Origin: Bugula neritina
Taxonomy: Eukaryota; Animalia; Bryozoa
Reading direction: 5' to 3'
DNA: 64,000 bases
Assembly: GCA_964035545.1 (NCBI GenBank)
Contig: OZ037766.1
Location: 32,726,773-32,790,772 of the forward strand
Below the pieces are notes generated by a model. The model was not told the origin of the DNA, searched no databases, and saw only the letters and a list, made by a program, of their open reading frames with translations. The position numbers were made by a program, and so were the translations under genes. Each line of letters begins with the position of its first letter. Positions within the stretch are counted from its first letter, which is position 1. Below, one piece after another: positions 22,501 to 32,289 of the stretch.

Positions 22501-25398
22501 GCTACCACTAACAAGTATTTTAAACACCTTGAGGAAACAATCCACCAAGATGAAAATGCAAGTGCGGATAATAGGATAAGCATAGGACAATTGAAGTGCT
22601 AGCTATCATGAGACAAAGTGGTTTCAAAAGATTGAAGATTTTCAAATATATATATATACAAAGTGTGCATTTGACCACCATGGCAATGAGATGACACAGC
22701 ACCTACATATAGAAGATCCCTTTTGTTTTGCAGAAATGAAGAAAAAAAGGATGTTTTATAAAGTAATACACTTTATGTTTTTGATAAATAAATACCAAAG
22801 CATGTAAAGCAAAATGTCATTGATATCATGTAATTGCCCTTGCTACTTTACCTATTAAAAAGTGTTAACATGTTGAACAATATTTACTTATCAAATATAG
22901 CCCATAATTCTCAAAAGTGTTTGCAATTTGATAAAAATGTTGTTAATAGTTATAGGCATAACATAATTGACAAATAAATAAATTATGAAGAAGAAAGTCG
23001 AAAAATGTAAGTAGCAACTAAGAAAATATGCAAATATGCTGGTGAGATTGTTTAACAGATCTCATATTTGCTAAACTTTAAAAATTCTCTTAAAAAGTTC
23101 AGTAGAATCTTTCATTCAGAAATCCCCAGATACAGCACAATTTAGTTACAGCTATAGGTTGTTAGGTGATTAGACATATGCAAGAGTATAGCATTGTTAT
23201 AGGATGAATTATGATACAGTAGCCTTACCACTATGAACAGGAACTGTATCAGCTTGTTGTACTGTAGAGAGTGCGGTAGTTGTGGTAGCAGGTACAGTAA
23301 CTGTAGTACCAGATTCTGCTGTCTCCGTTACACCAGGTTCTTCAACTATTGCTCCATGAAGGTTCAAGGCTCCTGGCTTTAATGTAAACACATCTCCTTC
23401 TGTTTGACAATCGGCAAAACTTTCTTTTTTCAGTTTGTAGGAGTCTGAGTTCCAGATGTTCAGACAGGAAATGGATCCTACCGTCATTTGCTCCGCATCA
23501 AAAGATCCTAGTACAATCAAAAGATGAAGCAAATAATTGACTGCATCCTTCAAGGTGTTTGACATATTCATAAACTAATTAAAAAACTGTAATATTTCAA
23601 CAGTAAACAAAAGTTACAAAAATACAAGTAAACCATTTGCAGCCTTTACCACGAAAGCCAACTCTAAAGGGGAAAAGTTGAAAAGCAGGACTGATTTGAC
23701 TGCAAGAATCACCTTCTATATACAACATATGTAATAGTTTTTATCAGTGAATGTTTTAGGTGCACCATCTAATGTTAGCCAGCAAGTTAGGTAGGTTTGC
23801 CCCAAGTAGATGAGCTTAACCTCAGACTATAAAGTTGCAAATTAACAAATAAAGGGCCTTACAGCTTACTGACAGATTGACTGGATAGAAGGGAATATAC
23901 CAACGCCAACAATATGCAACCATATTATGATATTTTGAGATATTAATTTGTAACGCCTAATGTTGTACACTATTGATATTGTGGTTACTTGCTCTCTAGG
24001 GAGAACCCTGTTAGACTACACATACGATATTATTATTATATATTATTTAAATTACCAAACATAGAGTCTTGATCACTGAAGAGTACCAAGGCTGTGAAAG
24101 CTGCAGCCTCAGAATTTCCTGCAGGTTTTGAAAACTCTTCCGTGTAGCTTCCATTTTGAACCAAATTAGGCCAATCGGTAAACATTTTCAGCTACAGAAT
24201 TGTAATTTCTGAGTTTAGAAATTGTTAGTTTTAAAAAATTTAAAAAGTCTGAGTGTAAAAAACTAAAAAACTGTAACTACTATGATTTAATGTAGTTTAG
24301 ACAAAATTTTACCACCAACGTTACAAAATATACTGCAGTTATGAAACTTATAGGCACTGGACATTGCTTGTTAACACAGCTCACCTTGTACTTGTATTTG
24401 TAGTTGTCTTCTCTCTCAATAGATGTGCAGATATAATACCACAGGTTGAGACTTAGGTTAACTTCGTAAATGAGAGAACGCCACTGAAACTCTAAGCGGA
24501 TAGCATTTTTGCCAAGTCGTAACAGCAGCCAATCTGGAACATCTATTTTAAAAAAACAACCGTATTAACTGGATATATACCTGAGACTGTTATAGGTGAA
24601 TTGAAAATGAATGAAAACCTAAAGTGATGGTGTTGAGGTTTGCAAACAAATTAAATGGCTATAATATTTTTTGCAAAATTGAGGGTAAACAAGATTACAT
24701 TTGTGAAAAAAGTTAAAACAAGATTATGTTCTTTCACGCGCACACACATGCACACACACACACATTATATATATTACTTTCCCTTACTTGGTCTAGCCAT
24801 GCTTACAACTGAACTTTTCATGGAGCCATACCATTGGTTCACTTTAACCCACAAGCAGATAGTAAAATCAACAGAAGGCATAAGTATAGTCTCTCCAGCC
24901 CAATTCTTAACATCTCTATCGTTATTAGTTAGAGTATAGAAACTTGGCTTTTCACTGCTAACAGCTATAGAAGTATAATTCATGCATTGTATCAGTTCTA
25001 TTAATAGCTTTATAATAGTGGTCTATCATTTAACTTTTGGCTCATCTATAGCTAATTCCTATTTAGTACAAACTTATAAGAGCCAATAAACCTCAGGAAT
25101 TTCAACTATACTTAAGTAAAAAATAGCTTCAGAGGTCAATTATAGTCAGTGTTCTACTTATTTTCAAAATTTAAATAGAAAAGTAATACATACTAGCGTT
25201 GCTATATTTCCATATTTTGAAAATAAATTTAGAATTTTGTAGTTTTTCATGCGAAAACAAAATTTTTGCTGAAAATAAAAAAGAGTCATATCAATATTTT
25301 GAAACCTAATTATATTTTTACCAAGTAATTAATGGCTTACCTAATATAACAGTGACCACCACAGCTAAGCTGAAAGCAATTTCTTTCAACAACATCAT
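10532..25398 (-). CDS. Secreted double-pentraxin + PAN/Apple domain protein (gene A), ~571 aa if restored; exon 8 disrupted by BEL/Pao insertion
   Basis: Exons 25398-25341 (MMLLKEIAFSLAVVVTVIL), 24964-24788, 24542-24385, 24191-24056, 23507-23229 (ends in Thr-rich linker), 21540-21367, 21103-20946, [20855-20811 + 12189-12102], 11586-11383, 10770-10532. Exon sizes 158/133/204 equal those of gene B. Removing the element and one TSD restores [45 protein letters not shown]. Confidence 0.85.
12190..12932 (-). repeat. 3' LTR (743 bp)
   Basis: Identical by eye to 20063-20805. Minus-strand AATAAA at 12251-12256 and TATATAAA at 12734-12741. Confidence 0.97.
12933..12942 (-). other. Polypurine tract
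   Basis: Minus strand CAGGTGGGAG immediately precedes the TGTAA start of the 3' LTR. Confidence 0.8.
12980..19348 (-). CDS. BEL/Pao Gag-Pol polyprotein (2122 aa, uninterrupted)
   Basis: Triple Gag zinc knuckle (CAYC..H..C, CFKCAVSGHSYKNC, CETCKQAHPTIFH), protease LDSGS, RT YVDD, RNase H ELHTFSDAS, integrase HHCC plus GLDCFG/QSDQG/WERQ catalytic DDE. PR-RT-RH-IN order in one ORF. Confidence 0.97.
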   Translation of the reverse strand: MSHYHSARLRVQQHLEHIKISLEIISEFHLLVTQELADNITLIRAKELRKQLLNNQTVQEAEQHLTEARGLGISEEKLRNILREFDRIAGDRKTILTKLEHWLHEMDANSSDGENSTFKIAKVDVRSRVLPSIPPSDNSKIVKSHASHSSSKSKNSVESERAGPAKSVSVHSSDYQSNHSKSKKSHHSSHHIGNSRHSGASDISSSHAPDSASGSWKTRTTGTSRSSKSNASYYKAQLAKSAAKVAAAEAKFQAECEARQVEEEIQRLELKHKEQILTRKGHIAELKLKAEIDAEKAQLNAFQQALDDELETELRDTLMRPPSRASHNSSKPSPFLHSPHHIDLSNQFPSTGGQPAHDIKQSLMTKEELPHQSPGIHKDPYEQYPQVNSAAHLPAHQNTHPTHTHLQSPNPLTNLTTTDFSAAIGKSIGDSMAAAMTMQANHLPTPDKFTGDPLEYADWKLAFDGLIGSCPYTDLQKLHLLREYVDGDAKQAIRGYFSLQSSNAYQDALHALETEFGSEELIEEQFLDRLEAWPRVTDAKSLKSYSYFLNQCLSASRQISGLKVLDRKRENKKLASVLPNNLQERWLRHAIAEEEKRKVFPSFHKFADFVAHEAKISCSNLREKYKSGSSKTAFKPYTKQNNSKHSITLKSETTLPTPLVSKTSELVKNQQKHANKSQHTDSQSAKQQNSLSFDQKQRKEPECAYCLSNKKPRWKHHTAHCWNLAKLSAQQVNDFLASNSLCFKCAVSGHSYKNCNMKPVCETCKQAHPTIFHQKYTSQPTKQADESKMQCSNQNKDSTVCNNLSINTSQTLMSMTLPVWVSSVKDPHTKVLTYANLDSGSDSCYITNSIVEQLTCTKKPTKLPMATMTHQNFELDTMVTDDLIIKGYSCNKEVKLPNVYSAEEIPAKYESIPQAGALTAWPHLQDLAKNMVKGQNISVGLLIGGNCPLAFKPREVVVGNDADDEPFGVRTDLGWVIMGSLATNNTHDDNSGSKTTIVNKTVTHSPKKAKTTVSFKCQTETSKQINKIINILAQDFKECVTDKEAASVEDRAFLSLMKQETKIIDGHVTMPLPFKHKPPRNNSFKTAKNRFNSLLKKFSKNQNLENQYKKFMEDLISKGEAEIVPQGLASHEDSTWYIPHFEVWHPKKPGKIRVVFDGAAKTDGKCINDYLMTGPDHLNSLTGILLRFRQEQIAVTCDIERMFHQFRVATEDTDYLRFFWLDERGEIAVFRMKVHVFGATSSPACATYGLRYLADQYSTDDPSSQQARNFIRNQFYVDDGLLSMPDATSATKVLTEAMRICQQGKVHLHKILSNEKEVLNSFPKSEQSATLHDLDLNSDCLPTERTLGLMWNSEQDSFQFQVNLADKPNTRRGVLSNVASVFDPLGLISPVILQGKMVLQDLCRKHLDWDDPLDESMLAKWLPWKQSLNDLEHLSIPRNYVPSSFGTPAKVELHTFSDASTTGYGQCSYLRFVSPAKRVHVALICSKGRVTPLKAITVPRLELQAARGAVDLSLKAAEELGMDNVAQYFYSDSEVVLGYIKNTQARYHTFVANRVQQIRDGSNADNWFHVPTKLNPADHASRGLSPKQIFSPECIWFTGPDFLWNEPLILPHQKKFINSHDDQEVKVSLATQHILAPLSQRITIFSNLDYTLKVIARIQTALCKTPLTQQEKRQKAFHSLVKSVQSEFFTPEIKQLQQTQTTSKHSSIAKLCPFLDKAGLLRVGGRLQNSKLLSFEEKHPLLLPKHSHLTTLIINDTHAKLGHLGLEYTLSKIRSQGFWIIGGKSTISSKLRLCVTCKRIKAKPLTPQMATLPSVRVNEAPPFTHCGLDCFGPFIVKDGRKESKRYGLIVTCMASRAVHIELLEDMTTDSFINAIRTVVAIRGPIQTIQSDQGTNFIGAASLLQSDGTDSKLKSMNITMNFNPPHSSNFGGVWERQIRTIRSVLQGLGTRHGGRLSTSLLRTLFYEVMAIINCRPLTSTTDDMLPITPNMLLTMKSDVVLPPPSTFEEADIYARKRWRVVQQLANEFWTRWRKQYLLYLQSRQKWVNKVPEIKVGDIVLLCDDNTVRNQWPLARVVECNLSHDSVVRSVKVLVGSKTYPKDSNKRVYLIRPISKLVVLVRSS
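20063..20805 (-). repeat. 5' LTR (743 bp)
   Basis: Direct repeat of 12190-12932. Followed on the element strand by GTGAAAACTTGT rather than TGG. Confidence 0.97.
21870..21995. repeat. 16-bp intronic minisatellite (actgataccttcacat)
   Basis: About 7 copies. Confidence 0.85.
22295..22410 (+). mobile_element. Degenerate RTE-clade LINE reverse-transcriptase fragment
   Basis: KEPYWTVLVANDLVLCDRKLDTMEKRLE resembles the RTE RT segment PWTMxFADDxVxC...ME..LE, with the FADD motif degraded. Confidence 0.55.
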
Positions 25399-25949
25399 TA
25401 CGCTGTCTCTAATCTTCAACTGAACTTCTATTATTAACTCAGTTGTTTATATCTCTAAATTACTTATTGATTGGAAAATGAAATTACTGAAGTTGAAGCA
25501 TCAGAAATACTAATAATATTGTAAAGTAAATTTGCAATGAAAATAATATATTCATGATATGGCTGAAGTAGTATAATCACTTGTGCTTTTTATCTGCAAA
25601 ACCACCAGATTTAATCACATAATTGCTAAGATTTTCAAAAATTTAAAGTGACTTATATTGATATTCACTTTTTTTAAAATAGTTTGCATTAAATTTGACA
25701 TTTTTACAAATATAAAGTGCATAAATAACACCTAATTGAATTTGAAAAAAATTTGAACAGGCAAGCCAGAAAAGCTGCTCATTCAGACAAATGTTAACAG
25801 TGATAGCTATCAACAACTTATTTGCTTTGGCTTTTAATATTCCATGTATAAGCTTTACAGCCATGTCAAACTATATTCACTATTGAATCACTATAGTTTG
25901 TTTGTTACTATTACACTTGCTATTGAATGTAATGGGAAAATATTACAGT

Positions 25950-26390
25950 TGGGAGACCGTAAAGACTAGGGGGCTATCGTGGAACTTCGCTTCTGTCAAT
26001 TGCAGGGAACATAAAGGCTGCTGAATCGCTTAAGTCTAAGCATAGCTGCTGAGGTTCTGCCAGAAACTCAATGTGGTTTTCTAGAAGGCAGCAGTACTAT
26101 ATTGATATAGTGTTCAGCCTCCGTCAGGTTCAGGATAAATGCCAAAAGCAAAACATTTCTCTCTATATATGCAGTATCCATTTATTCTACGAAGGCTTTT
26201 GACTGCACTGTTATACCAAGAGATGGACTTTGACTTGTATTAAAGAAGCTAGGAGCACGCCTAAAATAGTTAAGTTGATTCGATCACTACATGATGGCAT
26301 TGTGCAGGCTCAAGTAGTGCAAGCACAAGTGTCGTCTGGCGAGTTTCCAGTACAAAATTGGGTCAAGCAGGGCTGCGTCTTAGCTTCGGG
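25950..26390 (+). mobile_element. Degenerate RTE-clade LINE reverse-transcriptase fragment
   Basis: Frameshifted pieces GDRKD*GGYRGTSLLSIAG, VLPETQCGF, DIVFSLRQVQDKC, PKIVKLIRSLHDG and VKQGCVLA match conserved RTE RT blocks. Confidence 0.85.
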
Positions 26391-27237
26391 CCTACCCTGC
26401 TCTCTCTGCATGTTAATATTTGATAGTTTCAATTTAGTATATTTATTATTGAAATTATCAAATTCTTAAAATTAATCTTCACTTATAGTTCCCAAAACCA
26501 CTTATGTATAAAAATATGCTGCCTATATAGCCCTATATATTGTAAAATTTTGCAGGTAATATTTGAAATTTGTTTAATAATTAATTTTCTGTAGTCTTCA
26601 GTCTTCTTTTACCAAGACGATAGGCTGTGGGGGATTTTATATCACACTATTTATACAACTTGTTATGTAATACTAAATGCTGAAAGTGTAAGACCCTTAT
26701 CAAACTTAGAATCTCTGCTGAATAGAATCCTTGCAAATAGCCGTTGCACAATCACTTGTAAAACCTCTTAGGCAGCATCATGCAAGTAATTTGGAATGGT
26801 CTTTTGATGTTACCTTATGAAGTAAGTATATATAATCAATTTTATTTTCTGTATTAATTCTAATTGAAATAGGATTTTGCCACTAAATCAAATCTATTGC
26901 ATTCAGTTTAGGAAATGAGTTTATTCCAGGATTGAATAAACGTTCATCAAAGTCTAACCAAGTAGGCGGAAGCTGGTGAATGAGAAACTCAAAATATATC
27001 AGTTAAAGTAAAATGAAATTCAGAAAGCAGCCATCTTGTCTCAAGTTTGTAGGTTTGATCTTTAGCAACTCGTTATTTATAAGTGTTTCAAGTTTCCTAA
27101 CGTTATTTCTTATTCATAAAATTGGCTGTTTAAAAGTGCTGCACATAATTTGATTGTTAGAGTTGAGAATTAATTGTGACCTTTCTTTTACCATTTTTAT
27201 GTTAGACCTTTTGACTTGATAGGTGTAGTATTGCATT

Positions 27238-28480
27238 GTGTCACAGTAGTACAGTATGTCACAGTAGTACAGTATGTCACAGTATTACAGTATGTCACAG
27301 TAGTACAATATTTCACAGTGGTATATATAGTATGTCACAGTATTACAGTATGTCACAGTAGTACAGTATGTCACAGTAGTACAGTATATCACAGTAGTAC
27401 AGTATGTCACAGTAGTATAGTATGTCACAGTAGTACAGTATGTCACAGTAGTATATATAGTATATCACAGTATTACAGTATGTCACAGTAGTACAGTATG
27501 TCACAGTAGTACAGTATATCACAGTAGTACAGTATGTCACAGTAGTATAGTATGTCACAGTAGTACAGTATGTCACAGTAGTACAGTATATCACAGTATA
27601 ACAGTATGTCACAGTAGTACAGTATGTCACAGTAGTACAGTATGTCACAGTAGTATAGTATGTCACAGTAGTACAGTATGTCACAGTAGTATAGTATGTC
27701 ACAGTAGTACAGTATGTCACAGTAGTACAGTATGTTACAGTAGTATATATAGTATGTCACAGTATTACAGTATGTCACAGTAGTACAGTATGTCACAGTA
27801 GTACAGTATGTCACAGTAGTATAGTATGTCACAGTAGTACAGTATGTCACAGTAGTACAGTATGTTACAGTAGTATATATAGTATGTCACAGTAGTACAG
27901 TATATCACAGTAGTACAGTATGTCACAGTAGTACAGTATATCACAGTAGTACAATATGTCACAGTAGTACAGTATGTCACAGTAGTACAGTATGTCACAG
28001 TAGTACAGTATATCACAGTATAACAGTATGTCACAGTAGTACAGTATGTCACAGTAGTACAGTATGTCACAGTAGTATAGTATGTCACAGTAGTACAGTA
28101 TGTCACAGTAGTATAGTATGTCACAGTAGTACAGTATGTCACAGTAGTACAGTATGTTACAGTAGTATATATAGTATGTCACAGTATTACAGTATGTCAC
28201 AGTAGTACAGTATGTCACAGTAGTACAGTATGTCACAGTAGTATAGTATGTCACAGTAGTACAGTATGTCACAGTAGTACAGTATGTTACAGTAGTATAT
28301 ATAGTATGTCACAGTAGTACAGTATATCACAGTAGTACAGTATGTCACAGTAGTATAGTATGTCACAGTAGTACAGTATGTCACAGTAGTACAGTATGTC
28401 ACAGTATTACAGTATGTCACAGTAGTACAGTATGTCACAGTAGTATATATAGTATATCAAGGTATTACAGTATGTAACAG
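27238..28480. repeat. 18-bp satellite (tatgtcacagtagtacag) with 422-bp higher-order structure
   Basis: The gtatatatag variant recurs at alternating 130/292-bp spacing. Confidence 0.95.
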
Positions 28481-28793
28481 CAGTTTGTAAATGTTTGACC
28501 TTCCTTAATATCCTAAACATACTTTATAGTCAAAAGCCAATCTCAATAATCAAAGCTTGGTTTGACTTTTCATTGTTTTATTTATTTTCAGTGATACTAC
28601 ATAATAAGTTCATACGATGAAAAAGTGAGCAAAAATTACATAAATGGTTAAATATCTGTGACACAAAATTAAAACAATAAAAATTAGTTTAAAGTATGTC
28701 AAATAATAGCCTAAGTTGGCTGCTTTCAGCCAAAGCGGTGATGCTTCAACTGACTCAACTCAATTGCAGTATTCTTTATATCTGGTTTTTTTC

Positions 28794-30116
28794 TTAGGGC
28801 TCAACAGGTAAGTATGGACCTGCGGGTTTTGAGTAACATCTACATCTGTAGGCAGGGCAACTCCTAAAATAGTAGTTAATGAAACCAACTCAGCGAAACA
28901 GTTGATTAAAGTAATATGCCATCAATTAATTTTAAGAAGTATCATTTTTCTGGAGCATATTTGTAAAATATACCCATTTAAGGGTTGTCCTCTCTTACCT
29001 TACTTTTGGAGTAGCTACAATGCAGCTATTTACACACCAACTTTGGTTTGTTTCTCTTTTCCTTCCTCTATTATATGAGCCAACGGAGTTGCACTCCCAT
29101 ACTTTGTCTTTGATTGGGACACCCTACCACAGAATCTCAGATAATTAAAGTCTAGGAGGTAATAATAAGGCTTTTTATAGTAAGACATATAATAATACAT
29201 CAAATGTATATAATGCAGAGTCATGGTGAAGGTGAAGGTCAAGGTAAAGATCAAAGTCAAGGTCAAGGTAAAGGTGAACGAGTTATTCGCGGTGTGAACT
29301 CACAAACTGATCCGTTTTAAAGTTGAGTATTTCTCTTGTCATTTTGGGCAAGACGGGCAGTGGACCACCCTTCACTGTAATCTTGACGTCTGCACAGTTT
29401 ACAAATGTTTCCTGGGGAGTTGTCTCTTCTGGGCCAAAGTTATTTCCTGTAACCATAGCAACAGTAAAACTTTATTATTATCATTTAGTAAAACACAAAG
29501 AACACTTTGGGTTTTGAATAGCCTAGCAATTATGTAATATTATAGTAACTAACATTTGCATATTATATTCAATTGTTTTTCCATATATTAGTTTAGATTA
29601 TACAAGTAGCAGTGAGGGCACACCAGACAATAACAGCAGTTGCAGATACTTAGAAGAGTAGCGGAAAATGTGCTGACACAAACCGATGTTGATACAAAAA
29701 AATATTGACACAAACAGCTGTGTTGCTGCAAACTGCTAAACTTGTAACTTTTACCTGCCCTGTAGGTCCATTGTATGACACACTGATCACAAGTGAGTTG
29801 TTTGGGTAGCTGCAACTTAGCCGTTACAATTCCCGCCATATTTCCAATTTGCTCGGTTATGTAAACTCTTTTAGTGCCATCTGTCGTAGCTAAGGGGTAC
29901 CTATAAATGCATTATATTATTATATTATTTTGTATTATGATATTGTTGTATTTTATAACATTATAATACTGTAAAATGCATACTATATCATAATTTAAGA
30001 CTTCTGATGTAATAGTTTAATACATGTACAGTCTAATGTGTAATATAGATATACAACTCATATATATATATATATAATATTATAACAAATATATATTATT
30101 ATAATATTATATAGAG

Positions 30117-30197
<81 letters not shown>

Positions 30198-31625
30198 GAA
30201 CAGAAATGAAATGTATCTACAATGACTTACTTGTCAAGACAAGATTGCGTTACTTTAGTGTTTGGGTTGTTCACAGGACAAATCTTAAAGGTCAGATAGC
30301 CCTTGTGGTTGGCAGTGATTTTAGCTTTCACTGTAATTATCTCCCCTACTCGATAATGTTGCCCTATTATTCCTGTATAACAATAGTTTAAATCATTTAT
30401 ACTCAATTCTACGGGGATATTGTAATGCAATAAATATAAACTCAATGAATAGGAAATTGAATAAAGCATAAAACTTTTATGTGAAGCAAAAAGCTGATTT
30501 ATTCAATTACTATGATTAATAATTTGTTATGTTGAAACAATTATATAATGTTATTTGACTCGCAAACTTTCTTGTCAAAATGAAATGAGCATATAAAAGT
30601 ATACACACATACTGACAGTTATACCTCTAACCCCACATTAGTTTGTTATGTAACCAACTATATTCACCTCTGATGTACAACTAACCGTTTGCATAGCCTC
30701 CTGGGTATCCAGCTTGATGCTTTAGAGGACCTTGGTACGGGTCGCCACAGACCCCGCACTTACCATTGTTGCGATACCACTGGTTCTACGCAAAGGCAAC
30801 ATAATGTGTTATATACAATACAAAACAAGATGAAGTCAGTTAGCAACAAAGTGTTAGCAAAAGCAGAATAATTGACAGACTAGTAATTATTTTCGATACT
30901 AGTACTACTTTTTTTATTATTGTAGATTCACAGCATTATGACAATAATATACTCTTGTGTTGATTATGTAATCAATACAAGCACTCTTATAATGTTGATG
31001 ATGTCATCAATACTTATAGTAACCTTATGCTGGTGATGTCATCAATACTAGCACCCTTATGCTGGTGATGTAATCAATACTAGTACCCTTATGCTGATGA
31101 TGTCATCAATACTTATAGTAACCTTATGCTGATGATGTCATCAATACTTATAGTAACCTTATGCTGATGATGTCATCAATACTAGTACCCCTATGCTGAT
31201 GATGTAATCAGAGCCACCTGGCTAGTTTTAGAAGTGAGTTGAAACTATGTGCATATATAAATGAGATTGAAAAAACTCTATAAGAACTGGAGTTATCTTC
31301 TTACAAACATGGTTTACTTTGAGTAGCAGTTTACTCACGTAGAATCCGCCACAATTTAGCGCCATGTCATCATAGTTGATTGGATTGTCAAAGCCAAGTC
31401 TCCATATTGTATTTCTTGCGGGTGGGTCAACCATAAGTCCGTGTCCCTTTGCATTGAAAACAGAGAAAAAAAATTAAGATTTTCAACAACAGCTAATGAT
31501 AAAAAGATGATATAGCCGTTTGATGATATTCTGTGAAATAGTAAAAGAGTAGAATGAGTCACATATTAACTTACATCTGCCAGCTCTATGCTGAGAAGAC
31601 ACAGTGTTAAGACTTTTAGTAGCAT
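28794..31625 (-). CDS. AA15-family lytic polysaccharide monooxygenase with C-terminal Cys-rich domain, 8 coding exons, ~294 aa
   Basis: Exons 31625-31575, 31446-31339, 30785-30686, 30372-30231, 29900-29755, 29446-29304, 29123-28999, 28863-28794. Signal peptide MLLKVLTLCLLSIELADG, then His1 in HGLMVDPPARNTIWR; also CGVCGDP, TANHKG (second His), CDQCVIQW, QETFVNCAD and C-terminal C..G.Y...WC..SC...CP...C.C. Confidence 0.92.
30995..31210. repeat. ~33-36 bp intronic minisatellite (gctgatgatgtcatcaatact...)
   Basis: About 6 copies. Confidence 0.85.
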
Positions 31626-32281
31626 GTCGACTAATTCTCACTGAGAAGTCAGAAACTGCAACAAATTTATTACAACATGATTAAACAAATGGTATGTAAT
31701 TGTGTTAACACGCTGCCTTAACAACATTGACAAGTTTATTAAAGTTCAATTTATCAAATCTGCAAAGTTTGCAACAATTTTAAATAAAAATTAAATTATT
31801 AAAAAGTTATTACAAAAGTTTTGTTTTATGGTGGAAGAATATAAGTAAAAGTTTTCAACAGCTTTGAATAGCATTAATTTCATTGGCATAATTATTTACC
31901 TATGTGTAAAATATAGATACAATAAAGTCTTTATATGTATTACATGCATTTGACATTATAATATATTATGGCATTATAATAATATATTAGTATATTAAAA
32001 TACTGTTGTACCGTTGTAAGTTTATATAGCATTATGCAATTTATAGCATATAGTTAGCTGACAGCTATTAAATTTTTTTGAAATAAGCAGATAATTTTTG
32101 TTAAGAAAAATAATTTTTTCCACTATTAGTAATTTTGAGGTGCACTAACCTTTTTTGCGGAGAAGTAATCTTTTACTTGCAGGTATAAATTGTTTTGTGA
32201 CTCTATAAGATGAAGAATCGTACCTGCGAGTGGACGCTCTTCAGTCTTCAGAAGTTTTGAAAAAAGAGAAGCTTGGCAGCT

Positions 32282-32289
32282 CTTTTATA
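32282..32289 (-). promoter_or_regulatory. Putative TATA box of the LPMO gene
   Basis: Minus-strand TATAAAAG about 60 nt upstream of a CAG|GTACGA donor (32223) that could end a non-coding first exon. Confidence 0.45.

Noticed and set aside
23760-23910. Possible LINE endonuclease remnant (VGVGI-like)
   Set aside because: Too short and degenerate to support without a database search.
27216-28438. Repetitive ORFs (TVTYCT / CDILYY) and superficially CRISPR-like regularity
   Set aside because: Contiguous 18-bp satellite without unique spacers, no cas genes, eukaryotic context.
29030-29266. Listed 78-aa ORF as an LPMO exon
   Set aside because: The phase-compatible, cysteine-patterned exon is in another frame (29123-28999).
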